A stretch of DNA of 64,000 bases from Terriglobia bacterium (lineage in GTDB: Bacteria; Acidobacteriota; Polarisedimenticolia; Polarisedimenticolales; JAIQFR01), in NCBI GenBank assembly GCA_963748015.1, contig CAVVHE010000004.1:1536001-1600000 (forward strand), read 5' to 3'. Below are positions 16,803 through 26,668 of this stretch, in pieces. A program made the position numbers and the translations under genes. The notes beneath the pieces are model-generated. The model was not told the origin of the DNA, did not search any database, and was given only the letters and a program-made list of their open reading frames with translations. Positions within the stretch are counted from its first letter, which is position 1. Every line of letters starts with the position of its first letter.

Positions 16803-18830
16803 TCACGCCCTCCGGAGGACCAGGAGGTCGGCCCTGGGGTTCACCTTCTCGACCCGGAGCGTGAGGCGCGCCCCCAGCTCGACGCCCGAGAGCCCCTGGG
16901 CCGGCTCCTCGAGGAGCGTCTCGAGGAGCAGGACGACCGGGCGAGGAACGACGTCGACCACGATCGCCTCGACCGGCGCGTCGCCGCTCTGTTCGAGGTA
17001 CCGCAGGAGCCAGTAGCGCTCGCAGGCGCGCTCGGCGCGTCGCCCGTCCGCCTCGGCCGCCTCGGTGGTCGCGGCGACCCGTTGGAGCGACTCGGCGTCG
17101 TACTCCGGCGGCTCCCCCGCGAGCGCCCGCGCGATCTGGCGGTGCACGGCGAGGTCCTGGTAGCGCCTCAGGGGCGACGTGACCTGGGCGTACGCGGGCA
17201 GCCCCAGCGCGGCGTGCGGGCCGGGCTGCAGGGAGACCTCCCCTTTCCGCATGGAGCGCCTCAAGGCGCGCGCGGCGACGTAGTCCACCTCCCCGGCCGC
17301 CGCCGGGGCGACCACGCGCTCCGGGGGCGCCTGGCGCCGGTAGATCGCCGGAAGCCCGCGCTCGGTGCAGAAGCGGGCCCCCAGCGAGCCCGCCAGGACC
17401 ATCGCTTCCGAAACGAGCTTGTGGCCGGGCGATCCGGAATCGGAGCGCTCCAGGACGATCCTCCCGTCGGCGGCGACCCGGATGTCCACCTCGGGAACGG
17501 CGATGCGCACCGCGCCGGCCGCCACGCGCCGGGCCTCCCGGGCCACCGCGAGGCGGGCCAGGCTCCGCAACGCGCCCGCGTGCGGCCCCTCGCCGGTCTT
17601 GACGGCCCGGTCCGCGTCGTCGTAGGTGAGACGGGCGCGCGGCCGGATGATCGAGCGGAGGATCTCGAAGGTCGCGACCTCCCCGTCTCCGTCGAGCTCC
17701 ACGAGAAAGCTGAGCGCGGGGCGATCCTCCCCGGCGATCAGGCTCGCGGCTTCCTCCGAGATCGGCCCGGGGATCATCGTGAGGCGCCGGTCGGGAAGGT
17801 AGTGCGTCACCGCGCGCGCGAGCGCCTCGGCATCCACGGGATCGCCGGGGAGGACGAAGGCCGAGGCGTCGGCGATGTGGATGCCGATCCTGAAGCCCCC
17901 GCCGGGCAGGTCGTCGATCGAGAGCCCGTCGTCGATCTCGCGGGTCGAGGGGCCGTCCACCGTGACGACCTCGACCGCGGTCAGGTCGGACCTTCCCTCT
18001 CGGGCGAAGCCGCGCCGGCCTGCTTCGCGCGCGTGCGCGAGCGTCTCTTCCGGGAAACCCGTGCGAAGGCCGTAGCGGAGGACCGAGAGGTTCTCGTCGT
18101 CCGACGCGAAGCGGCCCAAGCGTCGCAGCAGGCGGAACGCCCCCTCGGCCGGCCGGTCGAACCGGATCCCCGCCCCCTCGAGCGCCTCGATGGCGAGATC
18201 GCGCGAGCTCTCGGGGGCGTCGAGGTCCAGGACGGCCAGGTGCTCGAGCGCCTCGACGTAGCGCTTCTCCTCGGGGCTACCCGCCGGCTCGAAGGCGCCT
18301 CCCGACGCGGCGCGCCGGAACGCCTCGACGGCCTCGCGGCGGCCGGCGTCGCGGGCGGCGGTGCGCGCCCGCTGAAGCTCGATCTCCTCGACCGCGGCGC
18401 GCGAGCGCGCTTCCCAGCCGGTTCCCTTCCGGACGAAGTGCGCGCCGTCGGCGAGGAGGGCGCGGATCAACGCGGCGCGATTCACACCGTCCGCGGAGCC
18501 GAGCGCGAGGTCGGCCAGTGCGCGGTCTTCCTGCGGCTCCCCGGCCTCGCTGAACAGCTCCCAAAGCGACGCGACGTCCACCGTCGCGGCCAGGGCGGCG
18601 ACCCTCGCCTCGACCGCGGCCACGCGCCGGCCGGCGTCCCTCCTCGCCTCCGGCGTCGCGGCGGGGACGCGCCCCGCCTCGAGCTCGAAGGCGATCCGCG
18701 CCGGAGCGACCCGCTCCTCGTGACCGTTCTCGAGGACCAGGCGGACGCGCTGCTTCTCCTCCCCCGCCGACACGCCGAGCGAGAGGAGCGCGCCGTCCCA
18801 CCAGGCGACCACCGATCCCGGGGCGGCCAT
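16803..18830 (-). CDS. RNB-domain exoribonuclease (RNase II family)
   Basis: DGPSTREIDDGLS, IHIAD, TSPLRRYQDL. Confidence 0.92.
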   Translation of the reverse strand: MAAPGSVVAWWDGALLSLGVSAGEEKQRVRLVLENGHEERVAPARIAFELEAGRVPAATPEARRDAGRRVAAVEARVAALAATVDVASLWELFSEAGEPQEDRALADLALGSADGVNRAALIRALLADGAHFVRKGTGWEARSRAAVEEIELQRARTAARDAGRREAVEAFRRAASGGAFEPAGSPEEKRYVEALEHLAVLDLDAPESSRDLAIEALEGAGIRFDRPAEGAFRLLRRLGRFASDDENLSVLRYGLRTGFPEETLAHAREAGRRGFAREGRSDLTAVEVVTVDGPSTREIDDGLSIDDLPGGGFRIGIHIADASAFVLPGDPVDAEALARAVTHYLPDRRLTMIPGPISEEAASLIAGEDRPALSFLVELDGDGEVATFEILRSIIRPRARLTYDDADRAVKTGEGPHAGALRSLARLAVAREARRVAAGAVRIAVPEVDIRVAADGRIVLERSDSGSPGHKLVSEAMVLAGSLGARFCTERGLPAIYRRQAPPERVVAPAAAGEVDYVAARALRRSMRKGEVSLQPGPHAALGLPAYAQVTSPLRRYQDLAVHRQIARALAGEPPEYDAESLQRVAATTEAAEADGRRAERACERYWLLRYLEQSGDAPVEAIVVDVVPRPVVLLLETLLEEPAQGLSGVELGARLTLRVEKVNPRADLLVLRRA

Positions 18831-18833
18831 CGG

Positions 18834-20174
18834 TCAGAGCCTCCGGACCAGTTCCGCGACCCCGCGGGCGAGCCCGGCGAGATCGCGGGCCTCGACGACG
18901 GCGTCCGCGAACGGAAGGTAATCGGCGAGGGCGGAATCGCCCGTGCCCCAGCGGCTCCTCGGCTCGGGAACGAGCCACAGGACCGCCCTCGAGCGGCGCG
19001 CGATCTCGTCCATGGCCCACGGCAGGGGATCGAAGCGGTTCGTCCGCGCGTCGCCGAGGATCACGATCACGGTGTCGCGGCCGGACGGGCGCAGGTGGGA
19101 CTTCAGCAGCGCGTGGAGGGTGCGGCCGTAGTCGCTGAGCGCGCCGAGATCGAGGCCGGGCAGCGACTCGATGAGGTCGGCGAACGACCGGCCACCCGCC
19201 TCGATCCCCTCGCCCCGCCGCCGGCCGCGCTGGGCCGTTCTCGGGGCGACGGCGCCCTTCGCCCCCGGCCGCCCCCTCGCCCACCGGGCGACGGCGCGCG
19301 TCGCGTCCACCGGGCGGTCCACGAACGCCAGCACGCGGGCCTGGCGTCCCGCCTTCACGAATTCCGTCGCCATGGCGAGGAAGTACCCGGCGGCGCGGGC
19401 CGTCGAGTGCGAGACGTCCACGAGCAGCACGACCCGCGGGCGGCGGGGGCGCGCGCGCCGGAACGGGAGGACGAAGGGGACGCCGCCGCGCGAGAGGTTC
19501 TCCCGGAACAGGCGGCGCGTCCACAGCCGCCCGCGCTTCGCCCGCGCGAGGCGCCTCCCCGCGCCGAGCCGGATCTCCTGCACGAGGCGCGGCACCTCCC
19601 TCGCGAGCCGGCGCTCCTCGTCGGTGCTCATCGGCCGCGTGAGGTCCCAGCGGGCCGGATCTCTCGCCTCGGAGCCGGGGCCCTCGGGCCGCGCCTCGCG
19701 CTCGACGCGCGCGCGCCTCAGCCGCCCTTCGCGGCGGGAATCCCCTTCCCGGAGCCGCTCGATCGCGCGATGGAGCCGCTCGCGCCGCTCCTCGCCCGAC
19801 GCGTCTTTCCCCCTGGCCTTGCTCTCGGCCTTGCGCTTCGCTCCGGGCTTCGGCTCCTCCACCTGCCGCGGCTTCTTGCTCCGCCCGCCTTCCCCGGCGC
19901 GGCCTGCGCCCAAGGCGCCGCCCCCGCCGGGTTTCTCGCCGCGCCCCGAGCCCTCCCTCGCGGGCGTCGCGAAGAAGCGGTCGAACAGCCGGTCGAACTT
20001 CTCGCGGTGCGCGCGCCCCTTCGCGAGCGTGGCCGCGAGCGCTATGCGGAAGCGCGATCGATCCTCGAGGCCGGTGGCGTCGAGCGCCCTCGCCGCGTCC
20101 AGGATCTCCGCCGGGGAGGCGGGCACGCCTTCCGCGCGGAGCGCCTCGACGAAGCGCGCGACGGCGGGGATCAT
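18834..20174 (-). CDS. VWA-domain protein (CoxE-like)
   Basis: FVEALRAEG N-terminus; DVSHST MIDAS motif; SDYG; ILGDARTN; WGTGDS; start overlaps the ATPase stop. Confidence 0.88.
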   Translation of the reverse strand: MIPAVARFVEALRAEGVPASPAEILDAARALDATGLEDRSRFRIALAATLAKGRAHREKFDRLFDRFFATPAREGSGRGEKPGGGGALGAGRAGEGGRSKKPRQVEEPKPGAKRKAESKARGKDASGEERRERLHRAIERLREGDSRREGRLRRARVEREARPEGPGSEARDPARWDLTRPMSTDEERRLAREVPRLVQEIRLGAGRRLARAKRGRLWTRRLFRENLSRGGVPFVLPFRRARPRRPRVVLLVDVSHSTARAAGYFLAMATEFVKAGRQARVLAFVDRPVDATRAVARWARGRPGAKGAVAPRTAQRGRRRGEGIEAGGRSFADLIESLPGLDLGALSDYGRTLHALLKSHLRPSGRDTVIVILGDARTNRFDPLPWAMDEIARRSRAVLWLVPEPRSRWGTGDSALADYLPFADAVVEARDLAGLARGVAELVRRL

Positions 20175-21088
20175 GAACGGAAGCGGGACGGATCGGCGAG
20201 CACCCTCTCCACGTCCTCGCGGTTCTTCAGGAGAACGCCCAGCGTGCGACGCAGCACGCTCGCCGAGAGGCCGTCGGCGCCGACCGCGACGAGGGCGAGG
20301 GCCCAGTCCACCACCTCCGCGATCGCGGGGGCCTTCTTGAGATCGGCCTTCCGGAGCGACTGGGCGAAGCGGACGAGGCGCTCCGTGAGCGAGACGGACA
20401 GTCCGGGGACCCTGCTCTCGACGATCCGGATCTCGTCCTCGAACGACGGGTAGTCCACGTAGAGGTAGAGGCACCGTCGCCGGAGCGCGTCCGAAAGCTC
20501 GCGGGTGTCGTTGCTCGTCAGGACGACGCGGGGGCGGTGCTTCGCGCGAATCGTCCCCAGCTCCGGGATCGAGACCTGGTAGTCCGAAAGCACCTCGAGC
20601 AGGAACGCCTCGAACTCCTCGTCCGAGCGGTCCACCTCGTCCACGAGCAGGACCACCGGCTCGTCCGAGGTGATCGCCGCGAGGAGCGGCCGCGGGAGGA
20701 GGAAGTCCCGCGAGAAGAACTCGTCGGCCTCCCCCCGCAGAACGGCCATCGCCGAGCGGAGGTCGGCGGCGCCCGAGAGCAGCTCGCCGGTCTTGTCCCG
20801 GAGGAGCTGCGCGTAGAGCATCTGCTTGCCGTACGACCACTCGTAGAGCGCCTTCGCCTCGTCGAGCCCCTCGTAGCACTGCAGGCGCGTGAGCTCGCTG
20901 CCGTGGAACTGGGCCCACAGCTTCGCGATCTCCGTCTTCCCGACGCCGGGAGGGCCTTCGAGGAGGAGCGGCTTTCCGAGCGTCTCGGCGAGGTACAGCG
21001 TCGTCGCGACCTCGCCGGTGCACACGAATCCCCGCTCCTGGAACGCCGCCTCGATCGCCTCGGGAGTGACTTCTCGACCCTTCGACAT
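20171..21088 (-). CDS. MoxR-family AAA+ ATPase (CoxD-like)
   Basis: LEGPPGVGKT, RLQCYEGLD, VDEVDRSDEEFEAFLLE, ELSDALRRRC. Confidence 0.93.
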   Translation of the reverse strand: MSKGREVTPEAIEAAFQERGFVCTGEVATTLYLAETLGKPLLLEGPPGVGKTEIAKLWAQFHGSELTRLQCYEGLDEAKALYEWSYGKQMLYAQLLRDKTGELLSGAADLRSAMAVLRGEADEFFSRDFLLPRPLLAAITSDEPVVLLVDEVDRSDEEFEAFLLEVLSDYQVSIPELGTIRAKHRPRVVLTSNDTRELSDALRRRCLYLYVDYPSFEDEIRIVESRVPGLSVSLTERLVRFAQSLRKADLKKAPAIAEVVDWALALVAVGADGLSASVLRRTLGVLLKNREDVERVLADPSRFRS

Positions 21089-21117
21089 CCTGCTCAGTAT
21101 AGCGCGGCATGCACCAC

Positions 21118-21309
21118 AGCGACGCGCGCCGGCGTCCGATCCCGCGGCGACGATGCCCGAGGCGACGGGGACCCCTGCACGGCCGCGCGAAGGGTCGAGC
21201 GCGATGGCGCTAGGGTCTGCGCCATCGCGTTTGCTCGACCCTTCGCGCGGCCGATGCGGGTCGTCGCCGAGGGAGGTCGCCGCGGGATCGGACGCCGGCG
21301 CGCGTCGCT
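21118..21309. repeat. Nested palindrome (~190 bp) with 34-bp perfect outer arms
   Basis: 21118-21151 = reverse complement of 21276-21309; inner stems 21180-21200/21233-21253 and GCGATGGCGC/GCGCCATCGC. Confidence 0.9.
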
Positions 21310-21349
21310 CTCGGGACAACCGACCCTGCCCGGGAGGGGGCGTTCGGGG

Positions 21350-22489
21350 TCAGCGCCGGAACGGGTCCACGAGACCGGCGAGGACGGGAGGTGGGTCGAG
21401 CCCCTTGGAGAGGATCAGCACCTTGAAGGTGCGGCCCATCCCCTCGGGGTGGATCAGCTGCATCGCGCGGAGGCGCGCGCGGACGGCGGCCGGGTCGTTG
21501 CGGTCGCCTGCCCCGTCCTCGAAGTGGCGCAGGATGCCGTTCGCGATCAGGAAGCGGTCCTGCGTCGTGAGGCCGAGAGGGACGAGGCCCAGCTCGCGCG
21601 CGCGGTCCTCGAGGTGGGTGAAGTTCACGTGAGCGGTCAGGTCCTGCTCCCCCACTCGCAGCAGGAATTCCTCGTTGGTCGCGTGGCGGTGGTACGCGAG
21701 CAGCGTGCCCCGCGGCCGGCCCGGACCGTAGAGAACGTCCGCGGGGTAGCCGTAGTCCACGATCACGACGAACCCGGCGCCGAGCGTCGTGGCGAGCTGC
21801 TCGAGCTGCGCGCCCGCGGCGGGACAGACCTCGGCCTCCTCGCCGTCGCGCGCGGCGGCGCCGTAACGACCGGCGAGCGCGGCGGCGTCCGGCGACGGGT
21901 CGCGCTCGGCCTCGACGAGGCGGCCGGCCGCGTCGAGGTCCACGACGATCTCGTGGAGCCTGCCGCCGCGGCGGCGAAGCCGGTGCACGGGCAGCGCGTC
22001 GAACAGCTCGACGGCCAGGACGCACCCCGCGGGGCGCGGCCCGACCGCGCCGGGAGCCGCCGATTCCGCCTCCGGAGCGCGTCCCGATCCCGCGGCCCGC
22101 ATGCCGGGGCTCGAGTCCACCGCGACGTAGCGCAGCCGCCCCGCGAAGCCGGGATCGACGGCAGGCAGGGCGTCGAGCACGTCGCGAGCCAGAAGCCCCC
22201 GCCCCGCGCCGAACTCCACCGCCGCGAACTCCGGCGGCCGCCCGAGCAGGCCGTCCATCTCGAGGAGCTGGCGCGCGACGCACTCGCCGAAGAAGGTCCC
22301 CACGTCGCTCGCCGTGAAGAAATCCCCTTCCCTGCCGAGCCGGGACGCGCCCCGCGCGTAGTAGCCGTGTTCCGGGTCGTGGAGGGCGAGGTCCATGAAG
22401 CGCGCGAAGGAAATCGGGCCGCGCTCGCGGATCTCTCCCGCGATGCGGCGGAGAAGCTCGGGAACGCCCGGGGAACGCTCGGCGTCCAC
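21350..22489 (-). CDS. SAM-dependent methyltransferase, MidA/NDUFAF7 family
   Basis: FARFMDLAL..GYY, GDFFTASDV, EFGAGRG, ELFDALPVH, VDYG, GEQDLTAHVNF, GMGRTFKVL. Confidence 0.92.
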   Translation of the reverse strand: MDAERSPGVPELLRRIAGEIRERGPISFARFMDLALHDPEHGYYARGASRLGREGDFFTASDVGTFFGECVARQLLEMDGLLGRPPEFAAVEFGAGRGLLARDVLDALPAVDPGFAGRLRYVAVDSSPGMRAAGSGRAPEAESAAPGAVGPRPAGCVLAVELFDALPVHRLRRRGGRLHEIVVDLDAAGRLVEAERDPSPDAAALAGRYGAAARDGEEAEVCPAAGAQLEQLATTLGAGFVVIVDYGYPADVLYGPGRPRGTLLAYHRHATNEEFLLRVGEQDLTAHVNFTHLEDRARELGLVPLGLTTQDRFLIANGILRHFEDGAGDRNDPAAVRARLRAMQLIHPEGMGRTFKVLILSKGLDPPPVLAGLVDPFRR

Positions 22490-22492
22490 GCG

Positions 22493-23029
22493 TCAGGCGG
22501 TCTGGCCCGCCAGCTCCGACGCGCTCTTGTCGCCGCGCGCGATCTTCCGCTGGATCTCCATGACCGCCTCGATGAGCCCCTCGGGGCGAGGGGGGCAGCC
22601 GGAGATGTAGACGTCCACCGGGATGATCTCGTCCACTCCCTGGACGACGGAGTAGGAGCGGTACATCCCGCCCGAGGAGGCGCAGGCCCCCATGGCGATC
22701 ACCCAGCGGGGCTCGGGCATCTGGTCGTAGATCTTCTTCACCGCCGGGGCCATCTTCTTCGTCACGGTGCCCGAGACGACCATGAGGTCCGCCTGGCGAG
22801 GCGAGAAGCGCAGCGCCTCGGCGCCGAAGCGGGCGAGGTCGTATCGGGGCCCGACCGTCGCCATCAGCTCGATCGCGCAGCACGCGAGGCCCATCGGCAT
22901 CGGCCAGAGGGAGTTCTTCCGCCCCCACGCGACGAAGTCCATGAGCCGGGTCGTGTAGGCGGTGTGCCCGGTGCCGTCGTCTCCCTCGGGCCGCTGGAAG
23001 AGGACGAGCGGGGAGCCCTTCGTTTCCAT
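22493..23029 (-). CDS. nuoB: NADH-quinone oxidoreductase subunit B, stand-alone
   Basis: [49 protein letters not shown]. Confidence 0.95.
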   Translation of the reverse strand: METKGSPLVLFQRPEGDDGTGHTAYTTRLMDFVAWGRKNSLWPMPMGLACCAIELMATVGPRYDLARFGAEALRFSPRQADLMVVSGTVTKKMAPAVKKIYDQMPEPRWVIAMGACASSGGMYRSYSVVQGVDEIIPVDVYISGCPPRPEGLIEAVMEIQRKIARGDKSASELAGQTA

Positions 23030-23117
23030 CGCAACCTCCGGCCGGATCGGTGCCGGGCCGCTCGTCGCCCGGTCGTGGGATGGTAGCACAGCGAGGGCTC
23101 CCTCCCGATGTCCCGCG

Positions 23118-23504
23118 TCACGAGGGCGGATCCTCCCAGGGCCCGTCCTCGTCCACCGGCCGGCGATCCTCGAGCCCCGCCCCAGGCTCGTGCCAGAAGC
23201 CGATCGACGGCTCGCCGATCCACCAGCAGAGGAAGACCTGCCGCCCGTCCCTCCGCGCGGGGAAGTCGAGCAGTCCCGTGCGGGCGTTCTTCACCCGCGC
23301 GCCGGACGCCTCGATCCGGCTCACCGAGGCGAGAAAACCCTCGACCAGGTCGAAGTAGCCGCGGGCGACGGGCCCGTCCGGCTGCCCCGCCTCCGCGCGC
23401 GCTCCGTCCATCTCGCGGAGGAGCCTGCACATGAGCCGCGCGACGGGGAGAAGCGCCCCCGCGCACTCGCGGGCCGACCGCAACGTGAAAATCCGGGTGG
23501 TCAC
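23118..23504 (-). CDS. DUF2203-family protein
   Basis: FTL..A..LLP; GLLDFPA....VFLCW..GE..IGFWH. Confidence 0.8.
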   Translation of the reverse strand: MTTRIFTLRSARECAGALLPVARLMCRLLREMDGARAEAGQPDGPVARGYFDLVEGFLASVSRIEASGARVKNARTGLLDFPARRDGRQVFLCWWIGEPSIGFWHEPGAGLEDRRPVDEDGPWEDPPS

Positions 23505-23708
23505 CGGGACGCGCTCCGAGAGGCGTGGGACCGCGTCAGGCTAGCGGAGTCGCGGAGAAGGGGTCAACGTCGCGGCGGCACCCGGTTGCCGCGAAGGAAC
23601 GGGGCGAGCGCCCATCCCCGAAGCTTGACGGCCCCGGGGGGCTCCGGTAAATTGGCCCGCTCGGGAAGTCGTTGTCCCGAGAAGACTTCGGGTCGAGGGG
23701 ACGGTCAC

Positions 23709-25112
23709 ATGGCAAGCGAAGCGAAGTACGACGTCACGATCATCGGCAGCGGTCCGGGCGGGTACGTCGCGGCCATCCGCGCCGCGCAGCTCGGGTTCAA
23801 GACCGCCGTCGTCGAGAAGGCGCCCCTGCCCGGCGGAACCTGCCTTCACTGGGGATGCATCCCCACGAAGGCGTTGCTCCACACGGCCGAGGTCCTCGAC
23901 ACCGCCCGCCACGCGTCGCCTTTCGGCGTGAAGGTGGCGGGGGCGGAGCTCGACCTCGCCGCCGCGCAGCGCTACAAGGACAAGACGGTCACCGTGAACG
24001 CCAAGGGGGTCGAGTACCTCTTCAAGAAGAACGGTGTCGCGCTGATCCGCGGCCGCGGCCGCCTCGCGGGTCCCGGAAAGGTCGAGGTGCGCCCGCCGGA
24101 AGGAGACCCGTACACCGTCTCCACGCGCTTCGTCGTTCTCGCCACCGGGTCGGCGATCCGGGGCCTCCCGGGAATCGAGTTCGACGGCGAGCGGATCATC
24201 CACTCGGATCACGCGCTCTCCCTGACGCGCGTCCCCGCCTCGCTCGTGGTGCTCGGGGCCGGCGCCGTCGGCGTCGAGTTCGCGTCCATCTACGCGTCCT
24301 TCGGCGCGAAGGTCACGGTCGTCGAGATCCTCCCCCGCCTCGTGCCGCTCGAGGACGCGTCGCTCGGCGAGGAGCTCGAGAAGGCGTTCAGGAAGCGCGG
24401 CATCGACGTGCACGTAGGGACGAAGGTCGAGAAGGTCTCCAAGGAGGACGGGAAGCTCCGCATCCACGCCTCGAAGGCCGGGGCGCCGGTCGAGATCGAG
24501 GCGGAGACGCTCCTGGTCGCGGTCGGACGCCGCCCGGTCACGGAGGACCTGGGCCTCGAGGGAACGCGCGTGAAGCTCGACCGCGGCTACCTCGAGGTGG
24601 ACGCGATGATGCGCACGGGCGAGCCGGGCGTCTACGCGATCGGCGACATCGTCAAGACGCAGGCCCTGGCGCACGTCGCCTCGCACGAGGGAGTCGTGGC
24701 GGTCGAGCACGCGGCAGGGCGGAATCCGCACGCGGTGGACTACGACCGCATCCCGTCGTGCACGTACTGCCAGCCCGAGGTGGCCTCGATCGGCCTCTCC
24801 GAGGAGGAGGCGCGGAAGCGCGGCCACGACGTGGTCGTCGGGACGTTCCCGTTCTCGGCCATCGGCAAGGCCAAGATCATCGGCGACACCCGCGGCTTCG
24901 TGAAGATCGTCTCCGAAAAGAAGTACGACGAGGTGCTCGGTGTCCACATCATCGGCCCGCACGCCACCGAGCTGATCGCCGAGGCGACCGCGGCCTTGAA
25001 CCTCGAAGCCACCGCCGAGTCGCTGTTCCACGCCGTGCACGCCCACCCCACGCTGGCCGAGGCGATGGGAGAAGCGGCGCTGGCGGTCCACGGCCGGGCG
25101 ATCCACATCTGA
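23709..25112 (+). CDS. lpdA: Dihydrolipoyl dehydrogenase
   Basis: IGSGPGGYVAA, GGTCLHWGCIPTK, HAHPTLAE. Confidence 0.97.
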   Translation: MASEAKYDVTIIGSGPGGYVAAIRAAQLGFKTAVVEKAPLPGGTCLHWGCIPTKALLHTAEVLDTARHASPFGVKVAGAELDLAAAQRYKDKTVTVNAKGVEYLFKKNGVALIRGRGRLAGPGKVEVRPPEGDPYTVSTRFVVLATGSAIRGLPGIEFDGERIIHSDHALSLTRVPASLVVLGAGAVGVEFASIYASFGAKVTVVEILPRLVPLEDASLGEELEKAFRKRGIDVHVGTKVEKVSKEDGKLRIHASKAGAPVEIEAETLLVAVGRRPVTEDLGLEGTRVKLDRGYLEVDAMMRTGEPGVYAIGDIVKTQALAHVASHEGVVAVEHAAGRNPHAVDYDRIPSCTYCQPEVASIGLSEEEARKRGHDVVVGTFPFSAIGKAKIIGDTRGFVKIVSEKKYDEVLGVHIIGPHATELIAEATAALNLEATAESLFHAVHAHPTLAEAMGEAALAVHGRAIHI

Positions 25113-25137
25113 CCCTGGGACCGCGAGGAGGACCGAG

Positions 25138-26434
25138 ATGCGCGTCGACGTCGTCATGCCCCAGATGGGCGAATCGATCGCCGAGGGAACCATCACCCGG
25201 TGGATGAAGAAGCCGGGAGAGGCGGTCCGGCGCGACGAGCCGCTGTTCGAGATCTCCACCGACAAGGTGGACGCGGAGATCCCCTCCCCCGCCGCCGGAA
25301 CGCTCGTCGAGGTGCTTCACCGGGAGGGCGAGACGGTGCCGGTGAACCAGGTCGTCGGCGTGATCGAGACGGAGGCGGGCGCCGCCGTCTCCCCGCCGGA
25401 GCCCGCCGCGGCCAAGGCGCCCGAGCCCGCTCCCGCGAGGCCCGCCGCCGCGCCGGCCCCTCCCCCCGCGGCTCCGGCCCCGGCCGCGGCCGCCCCGGGC
25501 GAGCCGCGCGCCTTCGTCTCGCCGGTCGTGCGGAAGATCGCGGACGAGCACGGTGTCGATCCCTCGCGGGTCCCGGGCACCGGCGCCGGCGGCCGCGTGA
25601 CCAAGAAGGACATCCTCGACTTCGTCGCGTCGGGAGCCGCGCCACGCGCGGCCTCCGCCCCGGCTCCGGCCCCCGCCGCCGCGGCTCCTCACGCCACCGG
25701 AGTGCCCGCGGCTCCCCCCGGGCCGGCGTTCGCCCCGGGATCGAGGGAGCAGCGGGTCGCGATGACCCCGATGCGGAAGAAGATCGCGGAGCACATGGTC
25801 GAGTCCAAGCGGACGTCGGCCCACGTCCACTCGGTCTTCGAGGTGGACATGAGCGCGGATCGTCAGGCTGCGCGAGGACAACGTCGATACCTACGCGGAG
25901 CGTCACGGCGTCCGCCTGACCTACATGCCGTTCTTCATCAAGGCGGCGTGCGACGCCCTGCGCGCGTACCCGATCCTCAACGTCTCGGTCGAGGGAGACG
26001 AGATCGTCTACCACAAGGACCTCAACGTCGGGATCGCGGTCGCGCTCGAGTGGGGGCTCATCGTCCCCGTGATCCGCAACGCCGACGAGCTGTCCATCGC
26101 CGGCCTCGCCCGGAAGGTCAACGACGTGGCCGAGCGCGCGCGCTCCAAGAAGCTGAACCCGGACGAGGTCCACGGCGGGACCTTCACGGTCACCAACTTC
26201 GGGATCTTCGGCGGGTTGTTCGGGCTCCCGCTCATCAACCAGCCGCAGGTGGCGATCCTGGGGACCGGCGGGATCCAGAAGCGGCCGGTCGTCGTCAACG
26301 ACGCGATCGCGATCCGCTCGATGATGTACCTCGCCCTCTCCTTCGACCACCGCGTCGTGGACGGCGCGGTCGCCGACCAGTTCCTGGCGACGATCCAGCG
26401 CTCCCTCGAGGGCTTCGACGAGTCCCTGCTCTAG
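25138..26434 (+). CDS. Dihydrolipoamide acyltransferase E2 (SucB/DlaT-like), +1 indel near 25855
   Basis: Lipoyl domain (TDKVDAE); E3-binding domain (SPVVRK..GTGAGGRVTKKD); catalytic DHRVVDG in a second frame; VDMS|RIVRLRE junction. Confidence 0.9.
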
Positions 26435-26485
26435 CCCCTCTCGGACTGCGGAGTCGCGAGTGGCGAATCGCCCGAAGCGCCGGGG

Positions 26486-26644
26486 CGGCCCCCGCTCGGT
26501 CGGAGAGTGTCCTCCCCGGGGCACGCCGCGGCGGCGGACGTCGCGTCCGCCGCCTTGCTCCGGTTTCGCTCGCTCCGGTCCGGCAGGGCCTCCGCGAGCG
26601 AAACAGGGCCCCGGGGAGGACACTCTCCGACCGAGCGGGGGCCG
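26486..26644 (-). repeat. Structured intergenic element, copy A (37-bp perfect outer stem, two inner hairpins)
   Basis: 26486-26522 = reverse complement of 26608-26644. Confidence 0.9.
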
Positions 26645-26668
26645 GAGATGACGTCGAGATCACCCGGA

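Noticed and set aside
26521..26610. Hammerhead ribozyme (CTG...CGAAAC)
   Set aside because: No CUGANGA core; GAAAC simply pairs with GTTTC
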